NCBI GenBank assembly: GCA_026770705.1
Contig: JANJGN010000052.1
Coordinates: 1,860,001 to 1,924,000 of the forward strand
Length of the DNA stretch: 64,000 nt
Direction: 5' to 3'
From: Isurus oxyrinchus
Taxonomy: Eukaryota
Of the stretch, positions 24,740 through 36,693 are shown piece after piece (the first letter of the stretch is position 1; the number at the start of each line of letters is the position of its first letter). The notes beneath the pieces were generated by a model. The model was given only the letters and a program-made list of their open reading frames with translations. It was not told where the DNA came from and ran no database searches. The position numbers and the translations under genes are program-made.

Positions 24740-26673
24740 GTAAGTGCTGTGTTATAATTACTCAACAATTCACATTCAACACTCAATGGGAATTAACACA
24801 AACTGTGACGTTTACATATTAACACAAAACACAGTTTATTATAACACACTGTCTGATTCTCAATAACCTGGTGATAGCTTCCAGTTCAGTCCTAAAGCAA
24901 TGTCTAATACTCACTTTAATATCAATGATTAAATGTGTTGACTGTGTCTATCAATGTTATCAGTTTATCCACTCCCATCAATCTCTCAAATCCTGTCTTG
25001 AAGTCTGACATATCGACAGAAGAAAGATTTACATTTCTACAGCGCCTTTCACCACCCTAGACTTCCCACCCTAAACCTCTCCCTCTCCCTCTTCCTCTCC
25101 CTCTCTCTCTCTCTCTCTGTCTCTTTCTCTCTGTCTCTCCATAACACCGACCTCTTCTGGTCAGCTGTCGCTAATATCTACACGTGTCTGGGTGACATAC
25201 TTTGTTTTATGACGCTCCTGTGTAGCACCTTGAGGTGATTTGTCATATTAAAGTTGTTGTGAAAATATAAGTTGTTGCCCTTTGACTCTCGACCCCAGAT
25301 CGAGTCTTATTTTTGAGGGAATGTACAACCTCCTTAGATTTCTGACCAAAATGTCATTTGATTATTTTTATTGAGCGAATGCCAAGCCCCGATACCGAGC
25401 GAGAGCCTCCTCATTTGCCGAGTTTAGGGTGATGAGTCAGCACCTTAGTCTGTAGAGGGGATTCTCCTCGGTAATGTGCAGCCTTGTTTGTGTCTCTCCA
25501 CAAGCGCATGAGGGGTTTGTACAGAGGCTGCAGCGCTGGAGGGGGTCTGCACAGGGGTCCTGGCCTGTCCTGAGCCGGTTTTAGCAAGGACCACTCTGGC
25601 CTTGGCAGCTGAAAGCCAGCCATTGGACAGACGGGGCCTGTCACAAGGAGCCTGTTAGTCACTCCCCCCCCGTGTCTCCTGTGCTCGGATCCAGACCATG
25701 TTGGCTGGTGGATCTGGCTCAGGAAGGGTCCTCCCCATGGGACCCCCAGATGGAAGGTGGGTCGAGCGGGTCAGTCACTTGCATGTTTATTCTGCAGCTT
25801 TAATATTTTAAGAAGGTAAGAATGTAGGAACATAAGAAATAGGGACAGGAGCAGGCCATTCAGCCCCTCGAGCCTGCTCTTGCTGATCTGGTTGTGGCCT
25901 TAACTCCATTTTCCTGCCTGTCCCCCAAACCCTTGACCCCCTTGTCGATCAAAAACCTGCCTCACTCAGCCTTGAGTCTATTCAATGGCCCAGCCTCCAC
26001 TGCTCTCTGGGGAAGAGAATTCCACAGGCTAGCGCCCCTCTGAGAGAGGAAATTCCTCCTCATCTCAGTCTTAAATGGGGGAGCCCTCATTCCGAAACTG
26101 TGCTCCCTGGTTCTAGATTCCCCCACGACGGGGAAACATCCTCCCAGCATCCACCCTGTCAAGCCCCCTCGGAATCGGATATGTTTCAATAAGGTCACCC
26201 CTCATTCTTCTAAACTCCAATGGATACAGGCCCAACCTGCTCAACATTTCCTCACAGGACAAACCCTTTAATCCCAGGAATCAGCCCAGTGAAGCTTCTC
26301 TGAACTGCCTGTACACAATGATCCTGTTACAATCTCACTAACACCCTGTGCAGCTGTTGCAAGACTTCCCTCCTTTTATACTCCATCCCTTTGCAAAAAA
26401 GGCCAACATTCCACTTGCCTTCCTCATTCCGTGGTGTTCCTGAATGCTGACTTTCTGTGATTCATGTACAAGGACACCCAGATCCCTCTGTACTGCATTC
26501 TGCAGCCTGTCTCCATTTAAATAATATTCTGTTTTTCTATTCTTCCTGCCAAAATAATTTGTTGCCATTCTCCTCAGTATTGACCATACCCCCAATTCAG
26601 CCTCATCTGTAAATTTTGAGTCTAGTGGATCCACAAACCATCCAGAGATAAATATTGAGATTTCTCTCCCCAG

Positions 26674-27042
26674 TTGGACAGTCACATGAGTGGAAAAGTG
26701 ACACTCCACGAGAGGTGACAGCGCAGGAAGGTTCGTGTGTACAGATTCCATGTCATTACAGTTATCCATCGTGTCTGGAAAACCAACCGCGAGGTGGAGT
26801 CTGGTTTAATGACGAGAAACAGATTCCCTGGGCTCCCATTGCCTTTCACTACAAGGATCACAGTCACGAGTTACCACAGTTCCACCATCGGACCCGGCTG
26901 TCTGGAGACCTGAAAGATGGCGACTGTTCCCTGATTATAAACAACATCAGACGGGAAGATGCAGGACCTTATTTTTTCAGGATAGAATTTGACAATGGTC
27001 CGAGCCATAACTATTACCCTGTAACCCAGCTTCACGTTTCTG
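26674..27042 (+). CDS. Siglec-like V-set exon V7 (type A variant; Arg present)
   Basis: 369 nt, open, canonical splice sites. Loop reads NDEKQIPWAP. Confidence 0.88.
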
Positions 27043-28353
27043 GTAAGTGCTGTGTTATAATTACTCAACAATTCACATCCAACACTCAATGGGAAATAAC
27101 ACAAACTGTGACGTTTACACATTAACACAAAACACAGCTTATTATAACACACTGTCTGATTCTCAATAACCTGGTGATAGCTTCCAGTTCAGTCCTAAAG
27201 CAACCTCTAATACTCACTTTAATATCAATGATTAAATGTATTGACTGTGTCCATCAATGTTATCAGGTTATCCACTCCCATCAGTCTACCTAATGCTTTT
27301 TAAATGTCTAACAATTTGACAAAAGAAGGATGTGCATTCCTATAGCGCCTTACACCACCTCAGCAAACTTCAAATCATTTCACAGAAAATGAAGAAATTC
27401 TTGAAGTATAGTCACTAACGTGGCAGTGAGTTTGTGCACAGGAAGATCCCACAGAGAGCAATGGGATCAGTGACCCAGATCTCTGAGAGAATGATGAGCC
27501 AGGGTTCCATGAGCTGTGGACTGCTCCATCACCCACACCCCAGTGTTGGCAATTCAAGGGTCTGGGAGTGAAAGTGTATTCAGCTCAGTGACACATTCCC
27601 CACCAAGTTTGAAAATAGGAAAGTTGCTGCTGATTGTTGTAACCTCTCAGTTCCCATCTCATTCTTGGAAACCTGCTTTCAAAATACAAAAGCAATTCTC
27701 GCATTTCCATAGCGCCTTTCAATACCTCAGGATGATCCTAAATCGATTCACAGCCAATGAAGTGATTCTTGAAGCACACATTCTCCCCACTCTCTGGGTA
27801 AAGAAGTTCCTCCTGAATTCCCCATTGGATTTATTAGTGAGGATGTTATATTGTCAGCCTCTGGTTTTGTTCATTGTGAGGAGTGGAAACACTCTCTCCA
27901 TGTCTACTCGATCAAAACCTTTCACTACTTCAAAGGTCAAATGAGGTCACCCCTCAACCTTCTCTGTTCACGGGAACAGAGACCCAGCCTGTACATCCTC
28001 TCCTGATAGGTAAAGCCTCACATTGCTGAGATCATCCTTGTGAAGCTTTTTACCACCCTCTCCAGTGTCTCTATATTCTTTTCCAAATGCTGAGTCTGTT
28101 CTCCCCGAGCTGTGAGCTGTTCCTCCACCCTCACCCAGTCTGGTCAAATCAAGGGTCACTGAGTGAGAGTGTATTAATCTGAGTGACAGAGATTCAACAA
28201 GTGTAAAAATAGACAATTCTTTAATGATCATTGTAACCTCTCAGTTCTGATATCATCCTTGTAAAAGTGCTTTCTCGTGTGGGACTGTGGTTTCTATTTG
28301 AACTGATGCTTCACGTTATATTTCTCTAAAAGGATCCATTCTCTGTGTGTTAG

Positions 28354-28650
28354 ATTTCACAGATAAACCCACGATATTCCCTGCTGAAATTATTGCAGGA
28401 AAGCGTGTGGATGTAAGCTGCACCTTCAACACAACGTGCAATGGAACAGCAGCACCTGTCTTAACCTGGGACACTCCCACTGACGTACCTGGATCAGTCT
28501 CAAACACTGTAACTCAGCATGGTGTCACTCTGACCTATACTTCTGTTCTGACCCTGATCCCATCACTCAAACACCACGGACACACTCTCAGCTGCAGAGT
28601 GAGATATCCATCTGTTTCATCGGAGCGGACCCTCGTACTAACTGTGCAAG
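28354..28650 (+). CDS. Gene A C2-set Ig exon 1 (DFTDKP...LVLTVQ)
   Basis: 297 nt, phase 1-1. SCTFNTTC carries the extra Cys typical of Siglec domain 2, which pairs with the V-domain Cys; LSCRV. Confidence 0.9.
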
Positions 28651-28823
28651 GTAAGTACAAACACCCTTCATTCTACATTAGCTGGAATAGTATCAAATGT
28701 GCACAGCAAGCTCCCACATCCTGCACTTTGTTTATAAACAAACCATTGGTGTTTAACTGGGAAAAAGTGACCCCTGACAGGCAGTACATCCTTACTACTG
28801 ACTCTCCGACAGTGCATCATGGA

Positions 28824-30550
28824 CTCATAGACTCATAGACACTTACAGGACAGAAGGAGGCCATTTAGCCCATCATGTCCATTCTGGTCAGCAACTCCCT
28901 CCCCAAGTGCATCACCTCACACTTTTCCAGGTTGAAGTCCATTTGCGTCGTGATCATTCCCCCTATATTTACGTCCAATTCATTTATATACACCACAAAC
29001 AGCAAGTGCCCCAGCACTGAGCCCTGTGGAACCCCACTGGAAACAGACATCCAGTCACAGAAACATCCCTCCACCATCACCCTCTGCTTCCTGCCTCAGC
29101 CAATATTGGATCCAACGTGCCACTTTGCCTTGGATCCCATGGGCTCTTACTTTCTTGGCCTCTCTGCCAAGAGGCACCTTATCAAAAGCCTTCCTCAGCC
29201 CATGTCGACCACATCAAAGGCATTACTCTCATCAACACTCCTGGTTACCTCCTCAAAAGATTTGATCAGGTTTGTCAAACATGACCTTCCCTTAACAAAT
29301 CCGTGCTGAATATCCCAGATTAATCCTTGTCTCTCCCAGTGCAGATTCATTCTGTCCTTCAGAATTCTTACTAGTAACTTCCCCACCACCGAGGTTAGAC
29401 TGACTGGCCTGTAATTTCCTGATCTATCCCTTCCTCCCTTTTTTAATAATGGGACAACATTAGCCATCCTGCAGTCCTCTGGCACCTCACCTGTGGCCAG
29501 AGAGGATTTGAAAATTACTGCCAGGGCCCCTGATATCTCTCCCCTTGCCTCCCTCAACAGCTTTGGATTCATCTCATCTGGGCTTGTGGATTTATCCACT
29601 TTTCAGGCCGCTAAACCCACTAGTACCTCCTCTCTCTGTGTTAATTTCCTCTCATATTTCACTGTCCTCCACCCTGATGTTATACCTGCATCATCCTTTT
29701 CCATTGCGAAGACTGATGCAAAGTATTCATTGAGGACTGTACCCACGTCTTCCAGGTCCACACACACATTACCTCGATGGTCCCTAATCAGCCCCACTCT
29801 TTCCCGAGTTATTCTCCTGCTCTTTACATATTTAAAAAACCCCTCTGGGTTTTGCTTTATTCTACCCACCAGTGCTTTCTCATGCACTCTCTTATCTTTC
29901 CTAATGTCCTTTTTCAGTTCCCCTCTGCACTATTTATACTCCTCTAGGGACTCTGCTGTATTGAGCCCTCAGTATCTGCCATAAGCTTCTCTTTTTTCTC
30001 AATCCAAACCTTTATGTTCCTTGTCTTCCAGGGTTCTCCAGACTTGGTCTCCCTCTTTGTCTTTGCAGGAAGATATCTGCTCTGTACTCTCGCTATTCCC
30101 TCCTTGAATGCCTCCCACTGCTCTGACACAGTTTTATCTGCAAAGAGCTTCTCCCAGTCCACTTGGGCCCAATCATATCTCATCTTAGTAAAATTAGCCT
30201 TTCCCCAGTTTAGAATTTTTATTCCCAGCACAAACTTATCCTTCTCCATAACTGTCCTAAATCCAATTGAGTTCCAGTCACTATCTCCCCTACTGATACG
30301 CTTTCCAACTTCCCCGGCGCTTTTCCATATATTAGGTCCAGAACTGTCCCCTCCCTTGTTGAGCTTTCTATGCACAGGCTAAAAATCTTCTCCTGGATGC
30401 AACTTCAGAATTTTTCTCCCTCCCTACCTTGCTCACTAAAGCTGTCCCAGTTAATATTTGGGTAGCTAAAATCCCTGAGTATTACTGCTTTGTTATTCTT
30501 ACACATCTCTGAAATGTGATCACATGTTGGATTGTCCATCTCTCCCTGAC
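28824..30550 (-). mobile_element. CR1 LINE ORF2 fragment
   Basis: NWGKANF, IKQNPEGFFKYV, ANVVPLLKKG..GNYRPVSLTSVVGKLL, QHGFVKGRSCLTNL, GVPQGSVLG. Confidence 0.9.
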
Positions 30551-30636
30551 TGTTTGTTGGTTTTATATCTTGAGTCTATGAGTTCACTGGTTGATTAAAT
30601 TCGAATTGCACTCCTTCACATACACTTGTTAGTTGA

Positions 30637-30840
30637 TAAAAACAAAAAAACTGCGGATGCTGGAAATCCAAAACAAAAACAGAATTACCTGGAAAAACTC
30701 AGCAGGTCTGGCAGCATCGGCGGAGAAGAAAAGTGTTGACGTTTCGAGTCCTCATGACCTCAGTTCTGTCAAAGGGTCATGAGGACTCGAAACATCAACT
30801 CTTTTCTTCTCCCCCGATGCTGCCAGACCTGTTGAGTTAT
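30637..30840. mobile_element. Penelope-like element terminal fragment with inverted repeat
   Basis: ctgcggatgctggaaatcc..cagcaggtctggcagcatcgg..gacgtttcgagtcctcatgacc followed by its reverse complement. Related pieces at 43735-43870, 48665-48765 and 55748-55900. Confidence 0.6.
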
Positions 30841-31109
30841 TCTTAGCTGATGCTCGCTATCAATAACCAAGAGAGACCGACATTAGAACAAGCTGATTAT
30901 TTATTGTAACAGAGGGCAGAGCACTAAATCCTTGCCTGCTCCCACAGCCACCTCCAGCTCTAGACTTACAGTTAACCAGTGGCCCACACTGTCCAGTGAT
31001 TGGTCAGTACTGTCACATGGTTTATCCACTTGTATTCTCTTAAAGGTACCTGGCACTCCACATTATCACAGGAGGCCTATAGTACACACATAACAGCGTT
31101 TTTGCCTCC

Positions 31110-31450
31110 TCAGCACTGACCCTTCTACAGTGCAGCACTCCCTCATTACTGTCTCTCTAATAGTATAATGATCCCTCAGTAGTGCTCCTCCAACATTGCA
31201 CTGGTCAATCAGAACTGACGCTCTGACTGTGCAGTTTTACCTCAGCAGTAACCCTCCTACAGTGCAGCACTCCCACAGTACTGTCCCTCCTACAGTGCTG
31301 CACTCCCTCAGGACTGACCCTCTGACAGTGCAGCACTCCCTCAGCACTGAACCTCTGGCAGTGCAGCACTCCCTCAGTACTGACTCTCTGACAGTGCAGC
31401 ACTCCCTCAGTACTGACCCTCTGACAGTGCAGCACGCCCTCAATACTGAA
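31110..31450 (+). repeat. 33-bp minisatellite (CCCTCCGACAGTGCAGCACTCCCTCAGTACTGA-type)
   Basis: Tandem degenerate copies. Confidence 0.85.
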
Positions 31451-31581
31451 CTGAAGTGTCTGCCTGGATTACGGACTATGTGGTGAAAGAACCTACATTG
31501 ACATCACACCTTTCACATTCTCAGTGTCTTTCAAAGTGCTTCACAGTCAGTGTAAGTTAACTGATCTGTATTTGTTTTTAG

Positions 31582-31863
31582 ACGCACCACGGAATCTCTC
31601 AATTACTTCTCCAGATATGATTAACGCTTCATCGATCAATATAATTGAGGGGAATTCTACAGTGATAATCTGCTCTGTCGAGAGCTTCCCAGCTTCTAAC
31701 CTGATGTGGCGACATCTTAATGTCCCAATGAACAGAACAAGTTCCAACAATGAGCTGTGGTTGGTGATTCCTCACGTTACATCCAGGGATACTGGAGAAT
31801 ATCAGTGTGTGGCAGAGAATGAACATGGAGCAGTGGAGGGGTTCCTAACCATTACTGTGGAAT
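31582..31863 (+). CDS. Gene A C2/I-set Ig exon 2 (DAPRNLSI...LTITVE)
   Basis: 282 nt, phase 1-1, TAG|..T|GTGAGT. IICSVESFPAS..W..DTGEYQCVAENEHG. Confidence 0.9.
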
Positions 31864-33528
31864 GTGAGTGTACACAGACTTTAAAATTTCTCTCATCTCC
31901 GAACACATATACTCAGATGCTCTCCCACGCACACACACACAAGCACTCACAAATGTACAGACCCAAAGTGCATGCACACACACAATCCCACACTCATGAG
32001 CACACAGAAAGACACACTCACACACAAACTCAGTACTGCACTGGAGAGTTCTCCTGGATTCTGGGATATGTGTTCCCATTCATATTTATCGAAGAATATC
32101 CAAATTACAAAGTGTATTCCAGAAACTCACATGCACAAAGATTCCAACTGATACTCCCCACCTCTCTGTGTATCTCTCTCTTCCTTTAAGAAGCTTCCTA
32201 ATCCGTAACTCTTGCCTGTCCTAACTCCTCCTTATAAGTCCCTGTGTCAAATTTTTTGTGTATCTGAGAGAAAGGGAGAGATAAGGAAGTTTAGGAAGGG
32301 ATTTCCTGTTAGTGAAGAGCTTACTTCTTTTTCTCACCTTTCCAGTGTTCAGTTTTGCCATCATGTCCAATGACCCTGTTTATAATGGGGGCATCCTATG
32401 TAAACGTCACACTGTCTTTACATCCTCCCATCAGTGGTGGCACTGTGGTGCTTAAGCTTGCACCTCCCAGCTTTTCAGCCAACTTCACTTCACAATTTGC
32501 TACATATGGTGTAAGTTCATCGAAATTAACATATATCAAATGGTAGATTTGATAATACAGTTTATTGAAAGGTTCATCCGCGCTCTGGGAAGGGTTTACA
32601 CTCTCCAGGAAGCAGGAATAGGCTGGATGTTGGGGAGTTCATCTTTTCCCAGAGAGTAGGGATCCTCGGGAATGTGCTGTCAGTGGGTGTGGTGGTTGCT
32701 GTCTCTCTGTCACCTTCAAGAGGGATCTGGAGTGGTTACTGACTGGGGGAGAGATCATGGAAGCGGAGAATGATACAGCACAGGAGGAGGCCATTCAGCC
32801 CATTGTGCCTGTGCCAGGTCTTTCAATGTTCTATCCAATCAGATCCACTAACCACCACTCCACTTTGCCCCCATCTTCTTCCTTCAAGTGTTTATCCAAT
32901 TTCCCATTTGAAAGTTCCTGTTGAATCTGCTTCCACTGCCCTTTCAGGCAGCACCTTCCAGATCACAACAACTCGCTCTGTCAAAACAAATTCTCCTCAT
33001 CTCCCCCTCCGGTTCATCAATCTGTGTCCCTCTGGTTACCGACCCTCCTGCCCCTTAAATACATCGATACTGTTCACCTCGACCACTCCCAGTGGGAGCG
33101 AGTTCCACATTCTCCCCTCTCTCTGGGTAAAGATTGGAACTGTTTATTAAGCGGGGGGTGTAAGTTCATGGGGGAGTCCATCTCGATCCTGCTTGATTTG
33201 CACACGCGTCCGAGATGGATTTCCACCCTGCACTAAACGTTTCCAGAATTTTCTACAGCACAATCCTGTACACAGCGATGGAGAGAAACATTGGACAGGG
33301 AGTCCAACAGCACAATGATCCATTCTCACCAATGTTCCACGCTAAGGGGAAAGTTCCGATTGTCCACTCTTAGAGTGTTTACAATGAAAACATTCATTCC
33401 ACATTGAATCCCAGTGGATGGGTCAATATTACAGCAAATGTTGCAGTGATATGAAGCTTGATTGTTCAGCCAGAGTGAGAGATTGAAAGCGGAGAGTCAG
33501 TGATGATTTCTTTCTGTGTGTTCTCTAG

Positions 33529-33668
33529 ACAGTGGAGGAGAGATTCTGCACGTGATCCTGATCCTGGGAATACGAGCTGTGATATTCCTTGTGGCTGTGG
33601 TTATCACTATCGCTGGAGTCTGTGTCTGGGAGAGACAAACAGTGAAAGGAAGTCGACAGACTGTTTGA
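33529..33668 (+). CDS. Gene A TM + short tail exon: (Y)SGGEILHVILILGIRAVIFLVAVVITIAGVCVWERQTVKGSRQTV*
   Basis: Acceptor ttctctag at 33528, phase 1 in frame with C2 exon 2. Hydrophobic stretch with CGA (Arg) at 33573-33575, stop TGA at 33666-33668. Confidence 0.85.
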
Positions 33669-33769
33669 AGCTTTGTACAGCAACAATCTGGTCAGTCAGT
33701 GCGGACAAATAACGTGTGATGTTGGGTTAAATTGTAAAGAAACTGGTCAGTGTCCTGGTTAGAATCACC

Positions 33770-34390
33770 TTCGTATCAGAGAGGCATTCCAGCACAGTGG
33801 GAGCCCATTGAGCCCATTGAGTCCATGCTGTCTCTCTGTAGAGCAATCCAGTCAGTCCCATTCCCCCGCTCTATCCCTGTATCCCTGTGAGTTTATTTCC
33901 CCTCAAGTGTCCATCCAATTTCCTTTTGAAATCGTTCATCGTCTCCACTTCCACCATCCTCGTAGGCAGCGAATTCCAGCTCATTACCACTTGCTGTGGA
34001 GAAAAGTTCGTCCTCACATCCCCCTCTGCCCAAAACCTTCAATCTGTGTCCCCCAGTCCTTGTACCATCAGCTAATGGCAACAGCTTGTCTTTGTCTACA
34101 TTATCTAAACCCATCATCATCTTGTACACCTCGATCAGATCCCCCCTCAATCTCCTTTGCTCCAAGGAGAACAACCCCAGCTTCTCCAACCCAACCTTGT
34201 AGCTAAAATCCCTCATCCCTGGACCCATTCTGCTCAATCTCCTCCCCACCCTCTCAAGGACCCTCACTTCCTTCCCAAAGTGGGGAGACCAGAACTGGAC
34301 ACAATATTCTAGTTGTGACCTAACCAGAGCTTTATAAATGTTCAGCATAACCTCCCTGTGTTTGTATTCAATCCCTCGATTTATGAAAAG
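33770..34390 (-). mobile_element. CR1 3' fragment, antisense, in the putative 3' UTR of gene A
   Basis: YKALVRSQLEYCVQFWSP..LGLFSLEQRRLRGDLIEVYK. Duplicate at ~46805-47420. Confidence 0.85.
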
Positions 34391-34744
34391 CTTATTCTTT
34401 CCATCAGCACAAACAGCAATTTCCAAGCGGACTCCCATCAGCAGACAGAGTGCAATGAAACATCGGCATGCCTGCTTCTTAATGTACGGAGAGAAACCTG
34501 CAACGAGAGATTCTCCTTCTTCTCCTCAGCAAGCTGAAACTTTTCCTTATACCTGGTGCTCCCCAGTCCTGCTGTGTGGACACATCATAACCACGGCATT
34601 GTCTGGCTGTGTGCAGCCAACATGGTCGAATAGGAATGAACAGAAATGTGACATTGCTAAACTCTGTTCTCTGATTGGAATGTGCTTTCTGAATGCTGCA
34701 CCTTTTTCATGCTGCGATAGATTGTAAGAAGCATTTGGGTTATG

Positions 34745-34750
34745 AATAAA
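34745..34750 (+). terminator. Candidate poly(A) signal of gene A
   Basis: AATAAA ~1.1 kb after the stop, retained in the gene C duplicate (~47777). Confidence 0.35.
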
Positions 34751-35092
34751 ATTACATTGATTAACACAAGTGATTAAAATGCTCAGCCTGTTCTGTAGAT
34801 ACTTATGGATTAAAATTCTTATTTTGCTGCCAGATTCTTGGCTCAAAGACATTACTTCATGTTGTCACTTTTTCCAGTCAGATGAATTCCTGTGCCCATC
34901 TTTGTAATGGAAATTTTCAATGTAAACACGTCACATAGCAGCTGCACACAATTGCCAGTGGGTGGTGTGATATCAAAGCTGTCTTGCTGCTCAGAAAGAG
35001 AGAGAAATATTCCTGATAAATGCATGAACTTCATGTGTGCATCAGACACTGACATCAGATGCAATTTTGTGCAATTTATGCAATGTATTTTA

Positions 35093-36030
35093 GACAGTGC
35101 AGCACTCCCTCTGTTCAGACCCTCCAGCAGTGCAGCATTCCCTCAGTTCAGACCCTCCAGCAGTGCAGCACTCCTTCAGATCAGACCCTCCAACAGTGCA
35201 GCACTCCCTCAGTTTAGACCCTCCAACAGTGCAGCACTCCCTCAGTTTAGACCCTCCAGCAGTGCAGCATTCCCTCAGTTCAGACCCTCCAGCAGTGCAG
35301 CACTCCCTCAGTTCAGACCCTCCAACAGTGCAGCACTCCCTCAGTTCAGACCCTCCAGCAGTGCAGCACTCCCTCAGTTCAGACCTTCTGACAGTGCAGC
35401 ACTCCCTCAGTTCAGACCCTCCAGCAGTGCAGCACTCCCTCAGTTTAGACCCTCCAGCAGTGCAGCATTCCCTCAGTTCAGACCCTCCAGCAGTGCAGCA
35501 CTCCCTCAGTTCAGACCCTCCAACAGTGCAGCACTCCCTCAGTTCAGACCCTCCAGCAGTGCAGCACTCCCTCAGTTCAGACCTTCTGACAGTGCAGCAC
35601 TCCCTCAGTTCAGACCCTCCAGCAGTGCAGCACTCCCTCAGTTTATACCTTCCAACAGTGCAGCACTCCCTCAGTTCAGACCTTCCGACACTGCAGCACT
35701 CCCTCAGTTTAGACCCTCCAGCAGTGCAGCACTCCCTCAGTTCAGACCCTCCAACGGGTGCAGCACTCTCTCAGTTTAGACCCTCCAACAGTGCAGCACT
35801 CCCTCAGTTCTGACCGGCCGACAGTGCAGCACTCCCTCAGTGCCAACACTCTGACAGTGCAGAACTCCCTCACAGCTGTCCCTCAAACAGAGCAGCACTC
35901 CCTCGCTGCTTATCCTCCATCAGTGCAGCACACCTCAATACTGACGCGCCAACAGTGCAGCACTCCCTCAGTACTGACCCTCTGACAGGGTAGCACTCCA
36001 ACAATACTGACCCTCCGACAGTGCAGAACA
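35093..36030 (+). repeat. 33-bp minisatellite array (CAGTTCAGA variant)
   Basis: More than 20 tandem copies. Source of the spurious 295-aa and 238-aa ORFs. Confidence 0.95.
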
Positions 36031-36693
36031 TGCTTAGTATTTCTCCTCCAACAGCATTTTTAAATATAAACCCTCAGAGCCATGGTAGAAATTTGAAGTT
36101 AACAAACAGCAAACAGAAAGATCACAGAGTCATGATGAATTGCCAACAGTTTGATTCTGTTGTAACGCATTGTGAAATTACGCACTCATTCCTAATGCCT
36201 GTTTACTCACTCCTTTACTACTTCCTCATTTTGTCTCACAGAGACACATCAACCCTTTCTCATTAAATACACAGAGGGGGCAGCACAGGAAGAGGTCATT
36301 CAGCCCAAGCAGAGCGTGTGGGCAGTTCCTCCCCAGGCGAGCAGTCGGACAGGTCCTGGGTAAGTAACGGAACGATTGGAATTCACTTCCACGACCAACA
36401 CCGTCCTTTGTTGATGTTGTGACTTAATAAAGACAGATTCCAATGATTGATGCCTTTGAAAGATTTCTACTGATTATTGAGATCAGGGTGTGAGGCTCAA
36501 GTCTGTTGTACAGAAAATCTTTCTAGCTCAAGGGATGAGGGAAGTGCAGAGACATGAGCTTGGGGGCGTCCTGAGGTGGTGAAAGGTGCTATAGAAATGC
36601 AAGTCTTTCATTGTTTTTCTTTCTTAAAGCCTTGTAACTCTCTGCAGAGCAACTATCATCCCACAGAGAATCAAATTAGTCTGTGAAGACATT

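Larger units (their letters stand above)
13560..27360 (+). repeat. Tandem array of six ~2.3-kb units, each with an L2 tail, an unclassified repeat, an antisense CR1 fragment and one V-set exon
   Basis: V acceptors at 15165, 17469, 19775, 22074, 24374 and 26674 (spacing 2299-2306). Units are near-identical by eye. Confidence 0.95.

Noticed and set aside
11385-27042. V array as RAG-rearranging Ig/TCR V segments
   Set aside because: Each V is a complete exon including the G strand and ends in GTAAGT. No heptamer-spacer-nonamer, no J segments, and the Cys pattern is Siglec-type.
33500-33712. 70-aa Cys-rich ORF from the track (and its copy at 46533)
   Set aside because: Wrong frame; the spliced phase-1 frame encodes the TM helix.
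35093-36030. 33-bp repeats as a CRISPR array, or the 295/238-aa ORFs as proteins
   Set aside because: No unique spacers, eukaryotic context. The unit derives from the DeuSINE body and recurs throughout the window; the ORFs arise because 33 is a multiple of 3.
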